Assembly (NCBI GenBank): GCA_036785375.1
Contig: JAWMAR010000545.1
Location: 682,001 to 746,000 of the forward strand
Length of the DNA: 64,000 nucleotides
Direction: 5' to 3'
From: Leucoraja ocellata
Lineage: Eukaryota
Every line of letters starts with the position of its first letter. The stretch's first letter is position 1. The notes beneath the pieces were generated by a model that was not told the DNA's origin, did not search any database, and saw only the letters and a program-made list of their open reading frames with translations. Positions 50,125 to 61,584 of the stretch are shown here, one piece after another. Position numbers and translations under genes: made by a program.

Positions 50125-50410
50125 ATGTCACTCTCTGACTCAAAGGTTGTGGGAACTACTGTCAGTCCAGCCAACCGAGCACAAAATTAATCCTGGCTTC
50201 TAGAGGGATGACAGTGGCATTTAAAATTCCATCTTTGAATGAGATAATAAACCTAGGTCTTGTCTTCACTCTGAGGAAGACGTGAATGATCCTATGACTT
50301 TACTCCGAACAGCAACTGGGAAATGTTCTTTGCTGTGTTGATTATCTCTCCATCAACATCATGAGGTCATTGTCGTAATGGCACATGCCGCTGCAAAGTA
50401 GCTGCCATAC
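50125..50410 (+). mobile_element. Deu-domain SINE relic
   Basis: ctgactcaaaggttgtggg...gaatgagataataaacctagg...gacgtgaatgatcctatg...caaagtagctgcc. Confidence 0.5.
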
Positions 50411-50412
50411 TT

Positions 50413-50583
50413 CAGTAAAACACAAAGTGCTGGAGTAACTCAGCAGGTTACGGAGCATCTGCAGAAGGAATAGATCCGCAACACTTCTGGTCGGGATCCT
50501 TCCTCAGTTGTCCTGCTGAGTTACTCCATATCTTTGTGTTTTCCTCAAGATTCCAGCATCTGTAATTCCTTGCATCTCCAGAC
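50413..50583. mobile_element. Penelope-derived palindromic element
   Basis: Inverted arms cacaaagtgctggagtaactcagcagg / cctgctgagttactcca..ctttgtg; TSD gccatactt (50404-50412, 50584-50592). Confidence 0.75.
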
Positions 50584-50600
50584 GCCATACTTTCTTGGGC

Positions 50601-50902
50601 TGTGGCACGGTGATGTAGCGGTAGTGCTGCTGCCTTACAGCGCCAGAGACCCGCATTAAATCCAGACTATGGGTGCATGTCGGTATGGAGTTTATACGTT
50701 CTCGCCGTGACCTGCATGGGTTTTCTCCAAGATCTTCGGTTTCCTCCCACAATATAGGTTTGTAGGTTAATTGGCTTGGCATGAATGTAAGTTGTCCCTA
50801 GTGTGTATGGGATGGCAGTTGTGTGCAGTTATCGCTGGTCAGTGTGAACGCAGTGGGCTGAATGGTCGGTTTCCACGCTGTATGTCTAAATTAAACTAAA
50901 CT
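50601..50902 (+). mobile_element. HE1-type V-SINE
   Basis: Head, V-domain and (ctaaa)n tail. Confidence 0.85.
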
Positions 50903-51519
50903 ACATCTTAATAATAATTCAATCACTAGAGTGCTTTGGGCCAAGCACAGTTTTTTTTTTACAGGTTTTGTGTATACTCAAGTACTGACCACGGCTACAA
51001 GCAGGAAAGTAACAAATGAGGGAATAGATTAGAGATCTCACCCAAACCAATTCAACTACTCCATCTATGAAAGGGCAAGCAGTTCAAACAGAGGAAGAAC
51101 ATCAACAAATCAGCAGATGCTGGTAGTAGGGAATAAAATCAGAAAATGCAGGAAATACTCAGAAGGTCAGGCAGCAGTTGTGGAAAGAGGAAAAGCTAAC
51201 GTTTCAGTTCTGTCAGTTCTGGGTCAATTCATCAGAAAACGCGTCATGCCTTGAGTGTTCCCAGAATGTTTTTATTTGAAATAAAGGAAGCAGCAGGCAC
51301 GACTGATTGTGGGGCTCAATCTCAGGCACAGTTCAGCATTAGACATAATGCACTGCGGCATTCAAAGCACTTATTTGCATTTGCAAACATTAAATTAAAT
51401 CAACATCTTCTCTATTCAATAAGATTTATCCACCAGTCTGTTTGAATGGTGATGAAGAAGTAGAATCTTGTTTAAAGAAGATGATCTTGCCCCCATCTTC
51501 TGCGTTGCTCCCTGGAGAT

Positions 51520-52341
51520 GGGTGGCACGTTGGCGTAGCGGTAGAATTGCTGCTTTAAGGGCCTGTCCCACTGCGGCAACATAATTGGCAAGTTTAGAAG
51601 AGTTTTCCCTCGACTCATACTTGCAGCATGGTCAACATGAGGTCGTAAGAGGTCTTTGTAACTCTCCTTCATGCTCCAGAGTAGTCCCCGTGTTTTGAGG
51701 CCTCTGCTAGGTTGCAACGTATTTTTCAACATGCTGAAAAATGCCCGCGAGTAAAAAAAGGTCGCCATGGAAAAAAATCTATTTTTTTTTTACTCGTAGG
51801 TTTAGTCGAAGTAGGTCGTAGTAGGTCAGCATGTTAGTCGCAGGTAATCGAGGGTAGTCAAAGGTAATCTAAGGTAGTCGAAGGTAGTCATAGATAGTCT
51901 TCAACATAGTTGAAGGGAGGTCGAAGGAGGTCGTCTTCACTCTCCACTATTCGGTGTCCAATTTTCCCAAAGCTAGTCGAAGGTCGTGTTCTACATAGTC
52001 GAAGGAGGTCGAGGAGGTCTTCAACATGAGACTTTTTCAAACTCTCCTAAACTGTTCTAAACTTGCCAATTAGGTCACCGCAGTGGGACAGGCCCTTAAC
52101 AGCGCCAGAGACCCGGGTTTGATCCTCACTATGAGTGCTTATCTGTACAAAGTTTGAACGTTCTCCATGTGACCTGTATGGGTTTTCTCTGCGTTCCTCC
52201 CACAATCCAAAGATATACAGGTTTGCAGGTTAATTGGCTTGGTATAATTGTAAATTGTCCCTAGTGTGTGTAGGAAAAGTGTTAGTGTGCAGGGATCGCC
52301 GGACAGCACGGACTTGGTGGGCCGAAGGGCCTGTTTCTGCA
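51520..52341 (+). mobile_element. HE1-type V-SINE with a MITE inserted in the tRNA-like head
   Basis: gggtggcacgttggcgtagcggtagaattgctgct|MITE|cagcgccagagacccgggtttgatcc...ctaaactaaac. Confidence 0.88.
51558..52096. mobile_element. PIF/Harbinger-type MITE, type A
   Basis: TIRs agggcctgtcccactgcgg / ccgcagtgggacaggccct; flanks TTA (51555-51557) and TAA (52097-52099). Confidence 0.9.
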
Positions 52342-52707
52342 CTGTATCTCTAAACTAAACTCTTGTGCGCCCCATCATCAATTCATGTCTTTGGTTGGAT
52401 GTGGTGAAGTTGCCAAATTGCCAGTTCTACCTGTCAATGGAATGGTCGAGGTAAAGGACATAATACATGGGGAATGCAGAGTTCTATCATCCTGTGACAC
52501 ACATATGAGGAATCAATGTCGTACCTGCACCTGCCCCATCACCCGAATTAACAGATCTCCGGAATGCACCAAGAAGCAGTTTTTTAAATAATGTGACCCA
52601 TCACAGTAAATTTGAAAATATTAAGAAAACCTTTCTTCTGAAAATCTATCTTCTCCTGAAATGTTCTATATGAATAATATCCTCTTTGAAGCACAAAATT
52701 ATTTAGT

Positions 52708-53030
52708 AAAATGCTGGGTGTTGGAGCAACTCAGCGGGATAGGCAGCATCTCTGGAGAGAGGGAATGGGTGATGTTTCGGGTCGAGACCCTTCTTCAGAC
52801 CAGGGCTGATATATACAAGTAGAAACCAAGTAGGGAGTTACTTTTCTAACAAGTTCTTTGGTGAAGTTTCATCAGGAATCTTATTATCTGTTCACCTGTA
52901 GAAGTGTCCCAACCCAAAACGTCACCCATCTCTCTTTTTCTCCGGGGATGTGGGTTGACCTGCTGAGTTATTCTAACACTTGGTGTCTATCTTTGGTATA
53001 AACCAGCATCTGCAGCATTTTTGTTACTAC
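52708..53030. mobile_element. Penelope-derived hammerhead arms in inverted orientation with spacer
   Basis: 52708-52801 carries minus ctgaagaagggtctcgacccgaaacatcacc; 52895-53030 is a degenerate plus arm. Confidence 0.7.
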
Positions 53031-53392
53031 ATTATACTATCAGTATTTGTTCAGTGACATTCAGGTCTCTACTCAGAACTGTACAAGGCTAAAGGGCTTA
53101 CGTGAAAATTTCAATGGGAGATATTTGAGAGGACATTAGTTATGTAGCAGGAAAGTCCTTCATGTTGATGTTCAGACCATCGGTCAGGTCAATGTTGCAA
53201 ATTACAAGGATCTTAAATGCAAAAGGACTGTAAATTCTGAAGATTTAATTGTTAGAGTATGTCGATGATTTAACACACATAGTGCTGCTCATTAAAATGG
53301 AGACATGAAAGTTACCTCTTTATTGCCCAATGCTAGCTGTCCCTATGTACAAAATTACACATAGTTCTATTGTCTGATTGATGGATGCACAA

Positions 53393-53665
53393 TGGAAAAA
53401 GGCCCTTCGGTTAACTGAGTCCTTGCCGACCAATGTTCTATGTTATCCCACATTCAAATCCACTCCCTACACACTTGGGCCAACTTACAGAGGCCGATTA
53501 ACCTACAAACTCACACACCTTTGGGATGTGCGAGGAAACCAGAGTACCCGGACAAAATCACAGGGAGAATGGACAAACTCCAAACAGACAGCACCCGGGG
53601 TCAGGATCGAACCTGGGTCCCTGGTGTTGTGAAGCAGCAGCTCTACCATCTGTGCCACTGTGTCA
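53393..53665 (-). mobile_element. HE1-type V-SINE
   Basis: Minus-strand head with B box ggttcgatcctgacc; V-domain ggtactctggtttcctcgcac. Confidence 0.8.
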
Positions 53666-54089
53666 CCTGCTGTCTTAAAAGGAAAACAGGAATGTTGTTC
53701 TCAAAGTAGATATAGTGATATACATGCAAGTCTGAGTCATTTCATGGAGGCTTGTGAGAAGATTATATTTGGAAACAATAGTTTGGAAGAAATTCTACAA
53801 AGAAATGACATTGGTGATAGTAACGTTTGTAGGTTTTATTTACAGGTTGTCTTGAGGATCGTCATAACAATTAATAGTCTCAAGGTTCCAGAGAGGGTAG
53901 CATAGATAGTACTACACATATCACTGATTGTATCAGACGTAGTGCTATAATCCTATTAAAATTGCAAATAGCCCAATATTCCCCCTCTAAGTAAATATCA
54001 TTGCCCTGGACACAGAATGAATCTGTAAATGAAGATAGCAAAATGTTAGAAGATTGAATAATCCCCAAAACAAATAATCCAATGACTAA

Positions 54090-54330
54090 AGAATTTCTTT
54101 AGTCAGAGGGTGATGAATACGTGGAATTTATTGCCACAGAAGGCTGTGGAGGTCAAGCCAATGGATATTTTTAAGGCAGTGATAGATAGATTCTTGATTA
54201 GTACATTTCAGGGGCTATGGGGAGAAGGCAAGAGAATGGGATTGAGAGGGAAAGATAAATCAGCCATGATTGAATGTCAGAGTAGACTTGATGGGCCGAA
54301 TGACCTAATTCTGCTTCTATCACTTATGAA
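54090..54330 (+). mobile_element. CR1 3' end
   Basis: ttctttagtcagagggtgatgaatacgtggaat...gatgggccgaatgacctaattctgc. Confidence 0.8.
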
Positions 54331-54551
54331 CATGTGGAAGCCCAATGCAAGCAGATTGAAAAGTAAATATTGGTAGTTTATTTTGGTACCGTCTATGTGC
54401 CGATAAATATAATCACAACACGTGGCTAAAAGAGAATTTTAAAAAAAAATGCACAACAAAAATATTATGTATCGTTGAAGCTAATGCTGGAAAACCTCAG
54501 AGAGAGAGATAGACATCCCAGTAATCGCTTTTCAATCCTCTCTATTCATGA

Positions 54552-54813
54552 TAGACACAAAATACTGGAGTAACTCAGTGGGACAAGCAGCACCTCTGGA
54601 GAGAAGGAATGGGTGACGTTTCGGGTCTAGACCCTTCTTCGGAGTCTGAAGATAGGTCTCGGCCCAAAACGTCACCATTACAGTCTGAAGAAGGGTCTCA
54701 ACCCGAAACGTCACCTGCTCCTTCTCTCCAGAGATGCTGCCTGTCCCGCTGAGTTACTCCAGCATTTTGTGTCTATCTTTGGTTTAAACTAGCATCTGCG
54801 GTTCCTTTCTACA
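54552..54813. mobile_element. Palindromic Penelope-derived element with three hammerhead cores
   Basis: One minus core (~54613-54643) and two tandem plus cores (54646-54676, 54685-54715); TSD cctctctattcatga (54537-54551) / cctctctattaatga (54814-54828). Confidence 0.88.
54685..54715 (+). ncRNA. Minimal type-I hammerhead ribozyme motif (core intact)
   Basis: CUGAAGA-A-GGGU(CUCA)ACCC-GAAA-CG-UC^ACC; loop-less palindromic stem III (ACGU). Confidence 0.75.
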
Positions 54814-57189
54814 CCTCTCTATTAATGAGCAGATCTACCATCCACTAACATCATCAATTTGTGTACAAAGGATGCTTCGAGTGGTGCATGTATGTGGATG
54901 CTATCAGCATCCTATCAACTTAGGGTAATTTCTAACATTAAATGTCAAATATTTATTTTCTACTGCAGTGAGTGACTGGAGTAACGTTCCTACGAGCTGA
55001 AGATAAATAATGATGGCCACATTCTTTTGAGCCTGCTACAAATCAGGTCCACAATGGTATTTTTAATTATTTCTATCAAAGAGGACAGCTTCTAATGCCA
55101 GGTCTTCCTTCTCCACATACTGAACACACCATTTCTCACAATAATTAAGCAGTGTCTAGATACACATTTGAAAAGCAATGCAAAGAAAGCTACAAACCAA
55201 GTTCATTGGGTCCAAGACCTGTTACGTCACCAATCCATGTTCTCCCAAGATGCTGCCTGACCTGCAGAGTTACTCCAGCACTTTGCATCATTTTTGTAAA
55301 CCAACATTTGCAGTTTCTCATTTGGATTAGAATGGATGGGCTCCAGATGGTCAACAATGGAGTATTGGGAACCAAAGAGCTTGTTCTATGTGGCATTACC
55401 ACATGAATCCGTGAAATGGGATCCTATTCAATTCAATTAAATTCAACTTTATTGTCATTGCACAAATACGAGTATAGGTACAACAAAATGCAGTTTAGCG
55501 TCTGGTCATGGTCATAGTGCAAGATAGTAGAAGTAAAAATAAAAATACAAAATAAGCATACAATAAAAATATGTCTTTGATTCTGAAGTATTGTTCATAG
55601 CTCAACAAAGAAAGTGCGCACCTCAGGTGGAATCTGTGTGTTCTCTCCCGGACAGATACTTGGGAAGCACTTAATTGTTTTAAAGAAATGCTAACTAATT
55701 TTGGCAGCATAAATTCCCATGTAGAGTGTGTTCAATTATCTCACTCAGAGTGGAGGATTGGCCCAGAGTTGTAAAGAAAGTCTGGAAACACTTGGGTCTT
55801 CAAACTCATAATTGAATGTGTACATGGTGCGCTTGTGGAAGAAACGGCATTGATATTCCGAAAGATAACCCAGACTATTACTTCAAATTAAACTGTGGGG
55901 AAGTAGAACCAGCTGATGAATGTAGTGGGTGGCTGGGGCTCATCTCTCTGCTTCTTCCAGTCACAGAGCAACCACCCAGACAGTGCAGCAAAGTCCCTGA
56001 ACTCATTTACAAAGGACAGTCCTGAGCTACAAAATGTTTATGACCATCCTTGCTGCATGAATGAAAAAAATATGCCAATGGCTTTCTCCGTTCATGATCA
56101 TGATGTTAAGCCCACCTTTCCAGTGTGCGAGCGATCATAAGCATCACAGATCCATACCTCCTACTGCAGGAAATGAGTTCCTGTAGTTTGCTTGAAGCAG
56201 GCCGTTAGCTCTGTATACTGTAAATATGCTACCTCCGGATTAATTCTACTGATCAACTAATAACGATGATTAACTGCATCTCAGATATAAGCATTGTATC
56301 AATATATCGTGAAATAGAATCAAAATTTAAATAATAACAGAAAATATGTCACTATGGCTTACTTAGTGCAACAATAAAAACCAATACAACAACAATCCCA
56401 AAACTTGGAATGTACACCTCCGAGGTACAAAATACTCTGGTGAAATCAAATATTCATGGAATTCTGACTCATTCCAACTTGGCAAGGCAGAGATGCACCG
56501 GATAAAGCTTGATACAAAGCATCTGAATATCTATTCTCATGCCTGAGACTTGGCAAGTAGAAGCGTATGAAAAATTACTTTCAGCATTGTCAACGCGGGG
56601 TCAGATCAGCCGAGAAGCAGCCCATTGCCTGGACTCGACACAAGTGGTGCCTGGCCACCCACACCTTCCCGTTTCAGATCCGAAACAGTGAACGAGCTGA
56701 CGCTCCCTATCCCAGTACCAAGGAGGAGTCCCGAGAGGCAGAGCCAGGCATGCCTCAGGCAGTGGAAAAGTGTGGAACAGTCTGACAACCTTTGACAGCT
56801 CCCCACCGTCAAAGGTTTCTGCGCTGCTTTTAAATGAGAGAGAACTAATATTATTCAAGTAGTTGCAAAATTTTAAAAGAAAAAAAAAATCAAAATGAAT
56901 TTTAACCTCCAATGAGGTAAATACATTTAATTGAAATATTAAAATGAAAAATAATAATCTAAAAGCTTAGGCTTTTTAACAACCCCATTTAAATGAAGGT
57001 TACCATTTATATGTTGCTCTCCCTGGGGTAAAGCTGAGGTCGGAATCAAAACTCATCCGGACTCACTCTAGTTTACACCGAGTCTACAGGAGGTTATACT
57101 AGCTGTGTCTGACCTCCACATCATTTCATAGTGAGCTTGGCAATGGATGGAGAGCCTAACCCCGTTCCCAATTCTCCGACCAGTCTGAC

Positions 57190-57470
57190 TGTCCACGATT
57201 ACATTTTATCTCTGTTTGCTTTGTTACCTTCTCCTAGCTAACAATGGACCATTTCACATTTTCCTCTACGATTTCCTTTGTCCCGTTTTCACACCTTACA
57301 CTTCCTTATCTCTGTACCCCCCTCTCCCCTGTCTCTGTCTGAAGAAGGGTCTTGACCTGAAACATCACCTATTCCTTCTCTCCAGAGATGCTGCCTGTCC
57401 CACCGAGTTACTCCAGCATTTTGTGTCTATCCTCGGTTTAAACCAGCATCTGCAGTTCCTTCCCACACAT
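57190..57470 (+). mobile_element. Penelope pseudo-LTR/3' region with hammerhead
   Basis: Pyrimidine-rich 3' UTR (shared with ~29060-29110, and in reverse with 540-577), then ctgaagaagggtcttgacctgaaacatcacc and the common arm. Confidence 0.8.
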
Positions 57471-57779
57471 TTTGCAGTGAGTTTGGCAAGCAGGCGATCA
57501 AGTCTGAGCCGAGATGAACTGCTGGTGGCTGACTAATTGGACAATCACTTGGTTCCTACTGAAGGCCTACAACACTTGAAACCCCCCCTCAGTCTGGAGG
57601 TTTGCCATCTATGCCCACTCTTGAGGGAATCTAGCACTGCCAATATCCACATCACGTTGGTTACAGTCTGATTTGCTCTGATGGACAATGTACTGAAATA
57701 CTTTGAGACCTGATGAAGTGTACAGCCCAAACTCCACTGCACCCCCCCCCCCCCCCCCCCTTCTCCCAGCTTAACGGGT

Positions 57780-58260
57780 TGTCAAAGCTGCACATGAACT
57801 TAAAATGCTTGTGAACTTCTCAACACAGATATTCAAAATTGTTGATAACTAATGGTCTGGATCAAGCACAATCTGACCTGCCCATCACACTCTCTGCCTG
57901 GGAAGAGGTAGTGGCCAGGGTACCAATCGTGCTTGATTGTGATGCTGGCCTTGCCGAGGCAGCCAGAGGTATAAATGGAGTCAATAAAGAGAGGTCGGTT
58001 TGTGTGATTCCCATGCTTTTCATGTTGATTGTGACCCCAGTCAAATGAATGGAACTGTGCTGCCTTCTGTATCTGTACCTGAAGCACCTGGCCCCTGAGC
58101 TCAGGAGGTTTGTACTCCAATATCTGAGTCACACAGAGCTCACCTCGCTGGTGGTTCTCCAACACAGCCAGCAAAAGGTAAGTATGTTTCGGGCCATTAA
58201 CATTAAGTTCCGCCAGGAATCTGCCAGCTTTATTTGCTGACAATTCCGACCACTGTCATG
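57780..58260 (-). mobile_element. Degraded Rex1/Babar LINE fragments
   Basis: Minus ORF 57833-58243 includes SIYTSGCLGKASITIKHDWYPGHYLF (compare SSCLKKAADIIKDPHH at 3280-3325). Confidence 0.6.
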
Positions 58261-58271
58261 TTGATTTTAAA

Positions 58272-58499
58272 CAGGGCTGTCACGCAATTAAAAAAATTAA
58301 TCATGATTAATCACACTGGGGGATTCGCACAAGATAAATGTAGACTTAACATGTAGATCCGCACTGAGTCTGAGCAGCTGGTCACTGATAGGGAAATACA
58401 AATGGATATTTTTCTTTGTGAATGATAAACGCATCAAAAAATTTAACCCTTTAACTTGCGTTAACTGTGGGCATTAACTATGAACAATGGACGGCTTTA
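58272..58499. mobile_element. Probable hAT-type MITE
   Basis: Starts cagggctgtca..attaaaaaaattaatcatgattaatc and ends tggacggcttta (degenerate gacagcccta); no convincing 8-bp TSD. Confidence 0.5.
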
Positions 58500-58984
58500 G
58501 TTTCAACTGTTTGGCGAGGACTGAGCCTTGCAGTCCTTTGGTCGACCCACATGCAGCTCAACGAGTGCTGACCAGAGTCTTGTTAACGTGGCACTGATCG
58601 TCATCTCCACTGGAAAGAAAATGCATAATGCAACTGCTTGACCATGAAAAATCAGGTGGATAAAGAACGATCTGTGTCCATTGTTGCACCGAACAGTCTG
58701 CGGGAAATTCTAAAGACAATTGTGAAAGTGAAGCCTGATGACATAAAACCAGACTGGCTACAATGGGGAGCAAATCTTTCGGGTAAGAAGGGCTCAGAGA
58801 AAACTGCTGCTCTATCTGGCCTTTAATATGGTGGCAATTAGAAACACCTCGCTTCCCAATAGATCCAACCTTGCTTTGGCATCTGCGATCGGGTTACAGT
58901 TGCTTATGGATACCGTTGTTACTACTGGATCCTTGCTACCTTAAAGGTGACTTCAGTCTCCCCCCTATCTCTCAACCACCCAAA

Positions 58985-59165
58985 GGGGGACCTGACATGG
59001 GAGACCGCCATGGGGGTGGGGGAGAACAAAGGAGGAGCTGGTGGGGGGGGGGTGGGGGGTACTTTGTCAGTGCCATTTATTTGGCAGCTATTTGCATACC
59101 TTATGCAAAGGATTTCACTGTGCCCTGTCACATGGGACAATAAAGTATTCCAAAGTAAAGTAAAA
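58985..59165 (+). mobile_element. 3' fragment of the GC-rich Rex1-tailed non-autonomous family
   Basis: actttgtcagtgcc...atttcactgtgccctgtcacatgggacaataaagtattcc matches the minus strand of 41030-41210. Confidence 0.65.
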
Positions 59166-59919
59166 TATGTTTGGCCAGAACGGTATAGAAAGTCAGCTAA
59201 GGACTTACTCATATTAACTGCTGCCTTGGGATATAGGGATACTAATTTTGGATGATCGCCATATTGAATGGCGATGCTGGCTCAAAGGGCTGAATGGCCT
59301 ACTCCTGCACCTGTTTTCTATGTCTTCTGGATTTCAACAGGTGAAGGGAAGAGTATCTAGAAATCAAAAGGTGAGATTTATAGGCATCCCACCCTCACTC
59401 TCTAATACCCCTCTTGTGGACAGACATTCTTTAGTTATTTCTGTCTCCTTCTTATTGCTGGGCTGTAATATTTTGCGTTTCTGACACACATGTGCCTTTT
59501 AAGGTAGTCCACCTCGGCAGAGCTAACTCATTCATATTTGGAGCAATATTAATGCGCGAGACAAATAAAACGTGCTGCAGTTGCATGCTTGGATTCTGCA
59601 TTTGTTGCAAGGAGTAAATAAATGAAAGTGGCCACCAGCTAGGCAGCAACCAAAATTCCAATACGTTGTGTTTTGTGATTAAAAAAGACATCTCATCGAT
59701 CAATTTTTCAATCATTTGTTAGCTAACTTCAATGATGCCAAACTTGACAAAAAAGATCTTGTTCAATTGGGGCAGTCTGCATTCCAAAAGGATTTCCTTT
59801 TGACGGAGTACATTGTGGGATTTCACGACCGTGGGGTTTGCCTCTGACTTGTGAAGCCGCTGATGAGTGTATTGGTTGAGCTGTCTGCAAGGGTTGGACT
59901 GGCTGCAGGAGCATCTTAG

Positions 59920-60465
59920 GACATAGAACAGCACAGACCAGGAACAGGCCCTTCGGCCTGTAATGTCTGTTCCGAACATGATGCCAAGACCAACCCTCAT
60001 GTCCCTGCACATAACCCATATCCCTCCATTCCCTGCATATCCATGAACCTATCCAAAAATCTCTTAAATACCACTATCGTATCTGCCTCCACCACCCAGC
60101 TTCGACCCTGGCACTGTGTTTCAGGTACCCGCCACCCCCCATGCAAAATATTTGCCCTGTACATCTCCTTTAAACCTTGCCAATCTCACCTTGAAGCAAT
60201 GCCGTCTAGCTTTTAATAATTTCATCCTGGGAAAAGGTTTCTGACGGTCTCCAGTCTCGGTGCCTCTCATACTTCCATCAGTTCTCCCATCAATCTCTGG
60301 CGTAACAAAGAAAACAATTCATGCCTGTCCAAACTCTCTCGGTAGCCAATACCCTCTAGCCCAAACACCATTCTTGTAAACCTCCTCTGCACCCTTTCCA
60401 AAGACTCCACATCCTTCCTGTATTGAGGTGACTGGAGCTGTGCACAATACTTCAAATGCAGCCGC
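59920..60465 (-). mobile_element. CR1 LINE 3' end
   Basis: ORF 60267-60455(-) KYCAQLQSPQYRKDVESLERVQRRFTRM plus 3' UTR. Confidence 0.85.
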
Positions 60466-61221
60466 AGCTAATTTTCCTGGGTAAAAGAGTCACTAGCTGC
60501 CCATGCAAACAAAAGTGACCATGCTTCAGATTACAGTTCCTTTTACTCATGCCTTTCACTTTGTATCACATATTCTGACAAGGAATCATGTCATGGGGGG
60601 CTTTCAGCACCACAAGGCTCAGATAATCAATCGTCCACCAGGTTTGGGCCATTCTTTGCGCTAAACCACTAATTTAATGTAGCAACTCTAATGGGTCGTG
60701 CAAAAACAGGGGTGTAATGAGGAGACACTCTCATGTACATTGCCCATATATTCTATTTTATTGCAGCAGATGCAAATCAGGCCAAGATCTATACTTCCTA
60801 TTGTGCTCTGGCTTTGGGTAATTTGTACCCAAGTGTGATGCTCCACAGAACAAGGTTCTGTCATGTCTGCATTCAAGTATTTCTGATGGGAGAAGGTCAT
60901 GCCTTTCCTGTTGAAACACTCTCTTATCAAAGGATTGAACACAGGCGAAAACAACAGTATTGAATCTACTTGATCATAAATCAATAGGGTCATTTACTGC
61001 CTTGATACATTTTGGTTTAAAGACATTTGGGTGTCACAACAAGCACTTCCTTCATTGCCACAATGGAGGAAGCTGCAGGATACAATAATTAAAGATTATG
61101 CAGAGCAACAAATTACTACAGACACTACTGCAGAAACCTTTGCTGCTCTCAATATAAAAGTATTAGGCACAAGGCAGCAGCAAGGTACTTTGATCCATTT
61201 GAAGGTACCTATCATCCCCAG

Positions 61222-61507
61222 GGCAGCATGGTGGCGCAGCGATAGAGTCGCTGCCTCACAGCGCTGGAGACCCGGGTTCGATCCCCACTACGGGTGCTGT
61301 CTGTGCGGAGTTTGTACGTTCTTCCCATGACCACGTGAGTTTTCTCCGAGATCTTTGGTTTCCTCCCACATACAGGTTTGAAGGTTAAATGGCTTGGGTA
61401 TGTGTAAATTGTCCCTAGTGTGAACAGGATGGGTGTTAGTGTGCGGGAATTGCTGGTCGGTGTGGACCCGGTGGGACTGTTTCCGTGCTGTATGCCCAAA
61501 CTAAACT
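61222..61507 (+). mobile_element. HE1-type V-SINE, full length
   Basis: ggcagcatggtggcgcagcgatagagtcgctgcctcacagcgc..ggttcgatccc...ccaaactaaac. Confidence 0.88.
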
Positions 61508-61584
61508 CAGCACGGAAATCATCATTCAAATATTCATCAATGTGTTTGTGAAATGTGGAAGAAAGTTCTAAACCAACTACCAAA

